Positions 11,328 to 22,417 are shown, counted from the first letter of the stretch. The stretch is 64,000 nucleotides of DNA from Anthoceros angustus (GCA_010909165.1 VJWM01000107.1:434001-498000); one strand, 5' to 3'. Numbers and translations are program-made. The notes: a model not told the origin generated them from the sequence alone.

Positions 11328-13813
11328 CTATGTCCCCGAGATCAGCTCTATCCAGAGATGCCGAGCTATCCTCCCAGCAGCCCCGCTTGATCCCATGCGT
11401 CGAAAGCCGTTTTCTCGTACCACCTCAAGCTCACTCGCTGCATGCATCATCCTGTGCAACCTGGCGGCGAGTTCTGTTGGATATGAGCACAGTATTATCT
11501 GCATGGCAACAACGCATATCAGAGCTCTGTGCCATCCACAAGCCTGCTGTCCCTCCCTTGCAACACATACCGATTTTCCCAAGAGTCGTGACTGTGCCTC
11601 TGCAAAGGCATAAGAGAACTGAGGGCCTTTGCCAGGGATGGTGAAGACAGGTCTCCCGAGCCCGACCTGCAACAGACAGTCCGCTTTTAAGATTACGATG
11701 TTGAAGGGAGATGAGCACACGAGTGAGGCAACATGTTCTTACCAGTTGCTCCGTGGCAGTTCCAGCCATGGCGATCCCAGCGTCTGACCAATGTGCACAA
11801 TCACTGAAACCTCCTCTCAGCAGAAACACCACAGCATTTCCTTTGGTGTAAGGAAGGATGGAGTCGGTCCTGTTTGCCGGCCAGGTGCGTGACATGCCTT
11901 CGCTGCTTCTTGCCCCTCGCAGCCAACCCCGGTCTGCAAGCGCCTTCACAAACTCTTGAGGTTCAAGAGAGGGCACGATAGGTGCCACAAAGTGGACACG
12001 ACCTGGTGCGAACTTTGTCACCACCGCATCCACTACTTCCAGCAAGACACGCCAGTTCGCATGCACCTGCACAACGTCAGGAGACTCAATATGGTTGACA
12101 TCACATCGTCATCGTTACAGGGAAAGACCTGCAACAGCTGGCTGGAGTATGATGCACAACCTCAGGTTCTCTGGAGCCAGGAAGAAGGGCAAGACGTCGG
12201 GCAGAATTGTCTTGGGAGAGAAAACTGAGAATCCCTGTTGGTTGTAGCCCATCCATCATGGGATTCCCCAAGGCTTGTACCTGCGTTCCACTAGATTAAC
12301 TGGGTGGAACCTGCAAGACAATACCATACTTCATACAGGAGACTTATGACATAATCTCATTTTCTTTACCTTCGCATGAGCAGGCACGGGAAGCTGTTGC
12401 CTCAAAAACTCGGCCGTGAGGCTGTCCCTTGGCACTACCAACCTGTAGATCAAATAACAAGCTTTCCTGAGAATTGTCTGATCCAAAGACAGACGAACGA
12501 AATCCTACACAATATTAATCACCAACTTGCTCATCGCCAGTGCAACGGCATTTTACCTACAATTGGCATCTGCCATCATGTGCCGCTCCCAAGGGAGGTA
12601 GATACTTCCTGGAAATATGACAGTTTCCACTGCACCCACGAGCAACACTGACACGGCCTAAGGCACCAAAAATTGACAACAAAACTTATTTATGACAGTG
12701 ATCACAAAAGTAGAACACACCACCTGTGGGCTTCAGTGCCTCCCCATCCTCGCGTCGTACATAAAACTCACTTTTTGCAGTTCCTATGAAAGCAAAGCCT
12801 TTGCACATCTTATGACTTTTTTGTCTTGACACAAGCCAAGCCAGTGCCAACGGGAAGACATCTCCAACTGCAATAAGGGCTCCATCTGAGTTCTTCTCCA
12901 CCCAATCCACAACTGTGCGCCACTTACCAGATACCACGCAGAACAACTACTTTCAGGAAGAAAACATTAAAAAGACCGAACCAAGACAGTGAAAGGAGCT
13001 CCCCCCTTCTTGACCTGCAATGACTGTCTTGAACAAATGAATGGGTGATACCTGCTGCAAAGTGAGTGAGAACAGCCCTGCTCGCAAGTCACCTATCAGC
13101 TGCAGAACATCCATATAGATAAAGCCTCCGCTAGGCATGTTCTTGGATGGCCCGATAGTGCTGAACCCACCGCGAATGTATGAGCTTCCCAGACCAACCA
13201 ATGGAAGGGCCTCAATCTCCAGTACTGCTCCTTGGGAAGCAGCTAGTGCCTGAAAACAAGGTTGAAGACGAGCTGAAAATAAGGACACAATACAAATGAC
13301 CCTCAGATACATGATTCTTTTACAGGGTCCTTTTCAGAAAGGTGGTTCAGATACATGATTCCTAGGGATTCATACAAATGACCCTCAGATACATGATTCT
13401 TTTACAGGGTCCTTTTCTGAAAGGTGGTTCTTTTACAGGGTCACTACCTGAAGCTCCTCAAGAACCCTCGTAGCAATAACATCTTCACCATGCCCGTTAC
13501 TCAGACACAGCACCTTTTTTAATGCCCTCTCTTTGCCATGCCCAACTGGCACTGCATCTGCATATTGCACTTGCTCAGGGGAGTCACGACCTCCTTCTAC
13601 ATATCCCCATTGTGCAGCTTTCAATTGTCCTTGTGGCATTGCGTTCCCATGCCAATGCTTAAAGCCTGACAAACTCCCCACTAAGGACAATGATGCGGAG
13701 TGATAACAGATCACGTTCGTTGCTGAACAGTGGTACACCAGGCTTGACAACACGGCTTCTTTTCCACAAGCTGCAGATATCCATGGTAAATTCACAACCG
13801 CAGATTCAAGCAT
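11328..13813 (-). CDS. Lipid-A-disaccharide synthase (LpxB)-related protein, cyanobacterial TIGR03492-like family; 9 exons, N-terminal extension of about 100 aa
   Basis: Motifs in order: VLCLSNGHGED, LPLVG.G, PSGGF, AVGDVFPL, GTAKSEFY, IYLPWER, VVPRDSLT, LGNPMMDGL, LLPGSREPE, IAMAGTATEQLVGLGRPVFTIPGKGPQFSYAFAEAQSRLLG, GFRRMGSSGAAGRIA. All introns can be placed at GT..AG with frame preserved, e.g. exon 1 13813-13448, exon 2 13249-13052, last exon ending at TAG 11328. The start could instead be the ATG at 13639. Confidence 0.85.
13290..13430. repeat. Intronic tandem duplication (about 59-bp core, period 82)
   Basis: atacaaatgaccctcagatacatgattcttttacagggtcc repeated at 13290 and 13372. Confidence 0.8.
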
Positions 13814-13848
13814 GGTTGCAACTCAATGAGGGCTGCTAGTAGCTTGGA

Positions 13849-15334
13849 TCAGCTGGATGATGATGATCGATGCAGTCCATCAAACTTCAGAAAGTCATCC
13901 AACTTGGTGTACGTTGCTTCATCAGTGCTCATTTTGATACCTCGATCGCTCAAGATTGAACAAGCAAACTTTGTTCGTCCCAAGGCTGAAACAGAGCAAC
14001 CACCTTTCAGTCAACTGCTCCTGCCCCACAAAACATTCAAATACTGATTTGAGCTCCTACACAAAAAAACTCACGCTTGACATTGCACTGGACGGAAAGC
14101 CATCTTCGAAGTAGATACAAATACCGTGTCCCACCAGCATGACTGTCTGAAACTACGAGGTGGCATTTCTTGGTTGGAGGCAACTTCTGACTGCACAGGC
14201 AAGATGTGGACCATCAAGCATAACGAAAAATCTGCGTATGCCAACAAGATAGAACAGCACTTGCAGTAGTGATCAACACCCTCTGTATACCAAGCACTGG
14301 CCGCAAAGTACCTGGCCACCTCACAACGCGGTTATGTCCGGGAAATAGAGAGAAATGGCAACTAAATCTACTCCAAACCGAGTATCTTACTTGGCATGAT
14401 CGATTGCATTACAGCACAGAGCTAAAATTTTAACCACCGCTGTCTCCTGGACTTTCTTTTGGTCGTACTTCCTGCAGACAGGTGTTCCATGTAAGGAACA
14501 GACTTGACAAACTTCAATCTAAACACCGATGCAACACCAACTTCACCCGTACTCATACACCTTTCCAGGACGAGGTCACAGAAATTGTCGATGATTACTG
14601 CCTGGGGCAGAGTGCTCTGCAGGTGAAATGCTGCGAAATACTTGCATAGCTCATCCTCGTCATCCACATATCTGCAAGTGAAGAACATTTTTCGATTTAA
14701 GCCACCACATACATTTTCAACATCAGAAGAGGCATAAACATCCAATCCTATCTTGGAGTGACTGATCACTTACTTGAAATGGATCCTCTCAAAAACATTA
14801 GACGTCGGGTCTACTCCCTGCAGCCGAGAAGTGTGTCTGATTGTCTCAATAACCTTAAGTTGGTGACTGGCCTAGTACTTCTATACTCATCGACTGATCA
14901 TGGAATGGAGCCCAAGAAATTGTAAAATTAAAGGGCAACATAACTGTGAAATTGAACCATGCAGCATGAATCACCCTCCACGTGTTTCAACACCAACATG
15001 ATACCTGGGAGACAACTGGCGGGTCAGACTCCAACTGCTTCCGATTGCAGATGAAAATCACAGTAGATGTCTTCTCCAAAGCAGTGTTGTAAGCAAACTG
15101 CAAAAGAAGGGACGTCTTGCCACTGCAATCGCATCCCATCCCCATCCAACACGCAACATTTCGTAAGCACAGCTCCTACGGCCGCAGAGAACTTAAAAGG
15201 CCATGTATGGACCGGCAGTACCAGCTAGCAGGTCCGGAAAGCAGTATCCGCTGGGGCACTTTCACCACTAAACCACCCCCTGCCGATCTCTGTTCAGAAG
15301 GAACAAAGAAGAAGCTCTCCAGGCAGATTGGCAT
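13849..15334 (-). CDS. SWSAP1: SWSAP1-like RecA-fold ATPase (Shu-complex component), multi-exon
   Basis: Spliced ILLSGPAS-GKTSLLLQFAYN (Walker A), FICNRKQLESDPP, ERIHFKYVDDEDELCKYFAAFHL..PQAVIIDNF, ILALCCNAIDHA, LYLLRRWL. The last exon and stop position are less certain. Confidence 0.65.
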
Positions 15335-15516
15335 TACAATTCGGTTCGGACCTAATGGCACTTCAGCTCAGCTTGTTGGAACCCAGACCTGAATTCGTAC
15401 ACCTATGCATGAGGCGAAGCACATGCTTGCACATCGATACCCGGTGGTCGTTAATGCGTATTCACGTTCGCTATTGCGGGAACGAAGGCCACGTCATCAT
15501 CCCCAAGGATCCACCA

Positions 15517-16338
15517 CGGATGGGATGGACGGAAACCTACGACCAATGTGCGGCCCTTCCATGCTAGAAGAAGAAGTATTATAGTCTACTTGGACGGATG
15601 GGATGGACGGAAACCTAAGATCAATGTGCGGCCCTTCCATGCTAGAAGAAGAAGAAGAACGTATTATAGTCTACTTGGACGGAATTTTCCTGTCATGGTA
15701 CTTGTACTTAACAAGCTACTTGCAAGGGCATCCACTCCCTTTCGACACCCCATCTAAGTATCGATCTAAGTTTCCACTCCCTTTAGGTTCCCTTTCGGCT
15801 CCTTTCAGCACCCCATCTAAGTATCGATCTAAGCTTCCACTTTCTTTAGGCACCCCATCTAAGTACCGATCTAAGCATCCACTCCCTTTAGGCACCCCAT
15901 ATAAGTACCGATCTAAGCGCAGGATGCTTAATAACGGCGTTCTTGGCACCCCATATAAGTACCGATTTAAGCGCAGGATGCTTAATAACGGCGTTCTTTA
16001 TATCCACTCCCTTTAGGCACCCCATATAAGTACCGATCTAAGCGCAGGATGCTTAATAACGGCGTTCTTGGCACCCCATATAAGTACCGATCTAAGCGCA
16101 GGATGCTTAATAACGGCGTTCTTTATATCCATTTGGCCTAATAAGTACCGATTTAAGCGCAGGATGCTTAATAACGGCGTTCTTTATATCCACTCCCTTT
16201 AGGCACCCCATATAAGTACCGATCTAAGCGCAGGATGCTTAATAACGGCGTTCTTGGCACCCCATATAAGTACCGATCTAAGCGCAGGATGCTTAATAAC
16301 GGCGTTCTTTATATCCATTTGGCCTAAGCCATTTGGAC
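15517..16338 (-). repeat. Modular tandem array derived from a dispersed repeat of about 210 bp; includes a 2x 79-bp duplication (15517-15680) and about 10 copies of a ggcaccccatataagtaccgatctaagc module
   Basis: Direct visual repeats. The single-unit version occurs in the opposite orientation at 37802-38010 and 60200-60420. Confidence 0.9.
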
Positions 16339-16528
16339 GTGTAAGTCACGTAATATTACAAATCCTATAGGAGAAACAGACAAAGGTGCGTGTTCATGGC
16401 TACACCATACTACAAGATGCCAATGGCGCTGCTTTCTTAGACGGAGACCTGCGAAGTACATATGGACCTTGCAGGAAAACCCGCACAAAACTTGTGGGTG
16501 ACGTGAAAGGAACTACCATTTACATACG

Positions 16529-17668
16529 TTAATCTGTTTTTACGGCTCGTTTTTTGGGGTCAATTTTCACATCTCGTCTCTTTTGATAGTTCTTGGAGAA
16601 GTTACCCATATGCCACCTCCAGGCAAGGACGGCGAGAGCGCTTCCCACAAGCGTGATGATGAGACCGGTGGGATCGTTGAGGTCGTGGGAGAATTCAATC
16701 TCCTGAATGGCAAACTCATCCCTGGACAATCCCCTGAACATATCGCCCGCGAAACTCTGCAGCAAGAAGGTGCGGCTATCGCGGATGGCCGCACTGGTGG
16801 TGAAGCTGGAGACATTGAGCTGAACCTGATCCACTACTGATGCAGAAGCCCAGTCCGTTTGGGTGGCAAGCAGCCACGCGGTTTCTCGGGACACCACAAC
16901 CAGAAGGCCGTCCTCCCGAAACCTCATACCGTCTCCGGCAGGCAGAGGCACGTCAGTAGGCAGCTTCGAGGTGTGCAGATCGCTGAGCTCCACTTTGAAG
17001 AGAGAGCCCGAATTGGACTGCACCACGACGAGAAAGCCGTGGTGATGGTAGGCGATGCCGTTGAGGCCCAAGGTTTCCACTGGCCCTTCCACAATGATAG
17101 GCTGTGAGGTGAAGACAGCTGGTCGGACGAACACGGAGGCCTTGGACTCCGTGTCCACCTTCCAGATGAAGTTGGCCCTGGTGTTGGTAATGTAGAGGTT
17201 GCCGTCGTCATCCACTGCCACATCGTTGGCCACAGATTCTTCCCCTTCCGCAATGCCCACCGTGTGCAGCAGGGCATAGACTGTCCGCTCCTTCGAGTCC
17301 AGATCGTAGGCTGCCACGGCGTGGAAGGGCGGCCTCTGCGGGTTCATGTTGTTCACCACAGCCACTACACGCTTCCGCTTGGAATCCACGTTCACTCCCA
17401 GCACAGCGAACTTGCCTGCGTAGTCCTCGTCGCACACAAATGTCTCGACATGGGAGGCGGCGTCCCCGGAGACGGCAGTGAGGCATCCCGTAGTTGTGGA
17501 CCCTAAGAGAAACCTGTTGTGCTCTACATCCCAGTCGAAGCTCTCGGGAAAGAGCTGCGGCGACGTGAAGCTGAGCACCGCCTTCACGTTGTTGCTGCCA
17601 CAAACTCCCCTGCACAAGAACAACGCCAAGCACAAGAGCAGCAAGCAGGAGAGCCTTCCCGCAGCCAT
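16529..17668 (-). CDS. Secreted or type-I membrane six-bladed beta-propeller (SMP-30/gluconolactonase/calcium-dependent phosphotriesterase-like)
   Basis: Signal peptide, LFPESFDWD, ANDVAVDDDGNLYIT, GLNGI, GDGM propeller motifs, C-terminal TM helix and basic tail. Intronless ORF. Confidence 0.85.
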   Translation of the reverse strand: MAAGRLSCLLLLCLALFLCRGVCGSNNVKAVLSFTSPQLFPESFDWDVEHNRFLLGSTTTGCLTAVSGDAASHVETFVCDEDYAGKFAVLGVNVDSKRKRVVAVVNNMNPQRPPFHAVAAYDLDSKERTVYALLHTVGIAEGEESVANDVAVDDDGNLYITNTRANFIWKVDTESKASVFVRPAVFTSQPIIVEGPVETLGLNGIAYHHHGFLVVVQSNSGSLFKVELSDLHTSKLPTDVPLPAGDGMRFREDGLLVVVSRETAWLLATQTDWASASVVDQVQLNVSSFTTSAAIRDSRTFLLQSFAGDMFRGLSRDEFAIQEIEFSHDLNDPTGLIITLVGSALAVLAWRWHMGNFSKNYQKRRDVKIDPKKRAVKTD

Positions 17669-17961
17669 GGCGAGCAAACAACACAGTTCTCTCCGCTTCT
17701 CAACCTAAAGCGTCTTGCAGGCAGCTGCATTCCGGCTTCCGATCTGGTTTCTGCGCTATGTCGTTTCCTCCTTCCCGCCTCACTTTTAGGTTTCCTCGGA
17801 TACGCAGGACCGACGCCCGAGGCGCCGCGAAGTGATCTGAGCAAGCTGCAATGGACTAGGGCGAGGGTGTTAGGTTGCGAAGTCTGAAGGGAACTGGAAT
17901 CCGGCCGCGTGTCATGGTGACGGGATTCATTTGAACGCGGACGCCGCTTGTTATCGAGAGG

Positions 17962-19115
17962 ATGAAGGCGGCAGTATATGAACAGCTGCGAGAGGCTCTG
18001 CTCCAGAAAGGCCCCCATGTGCTTGAAGCTGCTGGTAGGTCGTATCCGGATGTGGAGTTCGACACTGTTATGGCCATCTATGCCCAGGAGAACTCCCGTC
18101 GTCTGAGAACGCAGCACCACAAGTTCCGATCGGTTCAGAATGTCCAGCAGTACATTACCAGGTATGGTCCATAGCTTCTCCTTGCCTGCCGTTTAGCCAT
18201 GCTGTCTCGCCGTTTGTGGCGTAATTGCTGACGGTGTGTGCGCAGGTATGCGTCTGGTGAAGATATACTGGAGATATGTGAGGCCTATGACATGCCGCCT
18301 TGCGTGCTGGCGAGGATTTTGCTGGAGAACATGGTGGGCATGAGCAAGCAGCAGGTCAGTGCTTGCTTGAAGGATCCTACTCACCTACCAGAGTTGCAAG
18401 TTCCTGTCAAAGTTCATGGACAGCAAACGGCTCAGGTTTCCCTGGCTAGGCTGCGCAAGGACTTATACCGCTGCATTGACGCTGATTTTGTTAGCTCTCC
18501 TTCTGTTGAGATGATTCGACGAGTAACTGGACTGGAGTAAGTTTTGTGACGCTCGTGCTTGTGAGCCTGGTTCGGAAAGCTGCACATTGCCGCTGGGTTA
18601 GGAATGGCAGATGGCGGGCTCAGGGTTCTTTCTGACCAGTTGGTAGAGCTGACCTAGTTGTGGTGGTTTGCAGATACGAGACCCTCCTTTATGAACAGCT
18701 TCAAGGACTTGGTATCCCTTTCCAGTCAGAAGATGCGCTTCGAGTAGCTGGTTTCAGCAAGACGCCGGATGTGAAGCTGGAGGTCCCCATTGGCGTGAAT
18801 GGCCGCACTGTGAACTGGATTGACAGCAAGGCCTCCTTTGGGGATGAGTACAATCACAGGGGCCAGGGTATGGACCAATTCCAAAGGTATGCCTACTGCA
18901 ACGTCCTACTGTCCTTCCTACTGCAAAGCTGGCAGTGGCCTGACACCTTCTCGCTGTGCAGCTATGTGAACCGTTTTGGACCTGGGATGGTCATATACTG
19001 GTTCGGATTCATAGACGAACTTGATGATCACCGGGATATTCTTCTGATGGATCGTTTCCCCAAGGAAAGCGAGATCTTCTGCTTGCCGGCACTGCTTGTG
19101 CCACTCAGGCCGTAG
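17962..19115 (+). CDS. CDIN1: CDAN1-interacting nuclease 1 (C15orf41, TPD domain) homolog; exons 17962-18161, 18246-18536, 18674-18886, 18962-19115
   Basis: PD-(D/E)XK-type KTPDVKL..P...WIDSKASFGD and YVNRFGPGMVIYWFGF motifs; canonical frame-preserving introns. Confidence 0.85.
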
Positions 19116-21203
19116 AAGGACCCTTACAGGATGTACGTACCTTTCACTACTCCTCTGCTCTTTCCTGCCCATTCTTTCATCACAGGTCGTCTAGTGGGAC
19201 TGCAGGGTGGCTCTGCCACACGCAGTCAGCCTGATGGTGGCGCTTGTCCTGTGTACATACGTAGGTTGCTGAATTTTCAACCAAGGTCTAAGTCTCGTAA
19301 GTGTACTACATCCTGCTCCCGCTTTCGAGTGTTTGACTGGACTACCGGCGACTCTCACGACCAACCAAGCACATCATGGTCTGTGCCCGTTCCCTGTACT
19401 CTGTGGCAGGAGGTCATGCAATTGTCATCCATCTCACGCCTCGCATCGCCAGATAGGACAGACCCAGGGCCATCGATTAAGTTGTGAGGGCTGAGAGCAA
19501 GATCAGGAATGTGCTTAAGCTGCCTGTCCTCTGCTTCATGGCCCTCACATGCGGCCCGTTACAGGCTTTCTGTCGTGCTGGGCTGCAGAGCTGTCGCCGT
19601 TCCAGAGACGAACGGCAGGCCCGCCGCATCACGGGCCGCATAGAATGCCGCCCCATACCCTGCAGCTGGTACGCGCCTTCTGCAGCCAAGCCTGGCGCGT
19701 GCCTGCTGCGAATAAGGCCGATAGCGTCTGATGAGGGTTGTAGATGTACACACATGCATACCAGCTTGCTGTCCGAAGCCTGACTTCCTGACGGTACCAT
19801 GCTGGACGGCATGTTAACAGGCAGCAGACTGGAGTTTTCAAGTCTTTCTCTTGCCATCCTTAGCGCAACGATGCGTCATTTCTTTCGTGCCAACTTGTTT
19901 TTCAAGTCATCAGTTGTACGTTGATGTCCTCCCGGCTGGAACTCAGTCCTGCTGTCTGTGGCAGCTACCAGCTTGCCGGGACCACAGCCCAGCATGATTA
20001 TCCGGCTGAGGGAGCGGTTTGGCGGGTTTCAGAGTTGGTGAACTGCTTATCTCGCGGATTTGGCGATCTTTCTCGGACTACCAAGCAGCCTGATCAAGCA
20101 CAACTGTGTAGCCAGCTGACAAAACTTCTCTCTCTCCGACCATGTGCCTAGTTGCATGATAGGAATCGTGCTCGTCTGCGCTTTATCCCCCCGCTCTTTC
20201 CGGCTGCCCCTCTCTGATTGTAACATTCTGCCACCCGAGATGAGGCTCGTCCTCTCCTCCTCCTCTTCCTGGCATTGCTGTCTTGCTTGCCCCAAGAATT
20301 CAAATGCTGGGCGGCTCCTCTGTCCACACTGCACAGCAGCGCCAGGCCGCTCGCACTAGCTGAGATACTCCTGGATTCATTGGCCGGCGGGAGCGAGCTA
20401 GGCCAGGTACAGCCCTTTCCGTCTGTTCCTCTTGTCTTTGCACCCGCCTCGTTGGCACTGGGTGGCAATTTCGCATCGTGATCCTCAAGCATTTTCCAAT
20501 TGTAGTGCTTGCTTTTGTGCGGTGTCATGTTTCTGCGATTCCGGATAGGAGGATGTGATCATCGGAGGTGGTCTGTGTGTCGAAAATTGTTGTGACTTCC
20601 CGCCCTCTCGAGCTAGAATAGACTCGAGATAGGAATGTTGTGAACAGCTACTGTCGTTGCTTTCTTTCTTTCATTCCTAGAGTACCTACGGCTCGGACAA
20701 GATGCGGCGGGCGTGATTGCTTTTAGTGGCACGCGCGAGTCCTGAGTCTCGCGCCTCGTGATTCTCGAGTAGTGAGCGAGTCGTGAGTCGTGAGTCGAGA
20801 GTCGAGAGTCGAGAGTCGAGAGGCGTGAGTTTTCTTTCAACTTAGGTCTTGTTTTTTTTGTTCCCATAATCCAGGAGCTGAGTTCCCTCCGGGTTGTTTG
20901 TACCATCGCTGATTGCAGCGTGGGTTTCTCCCGCGGTTTGTTGGAGGTCTGAGGAAACGGGGCTCGATTCGTTCCGGGGGTCGGTGCAGCTCAGCACTCT
21001 GATCTGCAGACAATTGCCTCGGGATCTGGGATTGGTTTGCACTTCAAAGAGCATGTCCTTCGTAGTTGCTCAGAGACTGAGATTTCTGCTTGGGGCAGTA
21101 GTATGTCAGGGTCGCGTTTTTGCCAGTGGTGTCGTAGTGTGACACTATTGCTGGGTTCCGACCTTCGATTGGGCAAGCTTCCCAGTGAGGCTGGGGGGAA
21201 GTG

Positions 21204-22417
21204 ATGGTTCAGAAGAATTGGTGGGGACTGGCGAAGCCTTCCTTCTTGAGTAATGAGTGGGATTCAGACGAGGGTCTGGAGACTGACCTAGAGGTTGGAC
21301 AGAGGCGCCCACGGAGGGGACGACAACCCCTGGCAAGAATGATCCAGTTTCTGAGAGTGCGCCTGAGGCACCACTATAAGCTCCATCCTGGTCTCCTCAG
21401 CTGCGTAGGCCTTGCACTGGGTTTCTTCTTGTTTTCAGTTGTTGTGAGCTTCCGAAGATATACGGGCATCCAGGGTTCGGAACCGCGAGCACCATTGAAT
21501 GCACTCGAGTCTTCTCCATATAAGAGCCTTCGAAACCTTGTAATGGTTGCAGGGCATGCTGTGTACACTGGTTCGCACTGCGAGGAAGTCGAGGCGGAAA
21601 ACTCCTGGTTCCTGGAACCCTATCAGAAGCATCCGGGCCAGGCATCTACCTTTGTGTCGCACATAAAGGCTGGAGTAGAGATTGCGGCTGAAGATCCCAA
21701 AGCCTTGTTGTTGTTCAGTGGAGGGGAAACCAGGAAGGATGCAGGACCCCGTAGTGAAGCTCAGAGTTACTGGAATGTAGCTGAATCGAAGAATTGGTTT
21801 GGTAAGCGACAAAGCTTTGTCTCGCTGGTTGCCTTTCTTTTGTCTTGGGACTACGTGTAAGTTCGTTAATGTTGGTTCATCGCAGAAGCAACCGGAGATG
21901 TGCGAGGTAGAGCACTAACCGAAGAACATGCTAGAGATAGTTTCGAGAATCTGCTGTTCAGCATTTGCCGCTTCAAAGAGCTGACTGGCTCGTACCCGCA
22001 CAATATTACGGTTCGTATTGTCAATGTGCTTGTGTGCTCGTGGGGGATGGCATTTGCTCGGTAAAATACGTTCTCATTCTTGCTTGATACTGCTCTCAGG
22101 TGGTTAGTTATGACTTCAAATCCGAGAGATTCACGGATCTGCATCGAGAGGCCATAAGGTTTCCTCAGCATCGTTTCTTTTTCGTGGGTACACCTGCAGC
22201 ACCATCCGCAGCTGATGCAGCTGCGTTAGGGGAAGCCAAGGTGCTAACCTTGTTTCGAGATGACCCCTATGGCTGTGCATATCCTTTGAGTGGGAAGCGA
22301 TTAGGTCGTGACCCTTTTGCAAGGAAGGTCCCATATCCGGCTGGCTGCCCTGAGCTAGCAGAGATATTTGTCTACTGTGGTAGCGCTTTTTATAGTCCGC
22401 TTCCATGGGATCCTTGA
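21204..22417 (+). CDS. DUF218-like (YdcF-fold) membrane-anchored protein; exons 21204-21801, 21886-22010, 22100-22417
   Basis: N-terminal TM segment; LVMVAGHAVY, LLLFSGGETR..AGPRSEAQSYW, EEHARDSFENLLFSICRF, VVSYDFKSERF motifs. Confidence 0.8.

Larger units (their letters stand above)
6326..13960. repeat. Right copy of tandem segmental duplication
   Basis: The junction at about 6325 joins SWSAP1 3' sequence (caagattgaac) to BAHD exon 2 sequence (cctct..ttctctgccaagctgatcc). Confidence 0.85.

Noticed and set aside
15740-16330. CRISPR-like appearance of the repeat array
   Set aside because: There are no unique spacers: the intervening segments are themselves repeated modules. The context is eukaryotic with no cas genes.
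20775-20830. 7-bp GAGTCGA/GAGTCGT repeats; also (GAGCAGA)4 near 27955 and (CTCAA)4 near 1900
   Set aside because: Ordinary simple repeats in promoter or UTR regions.
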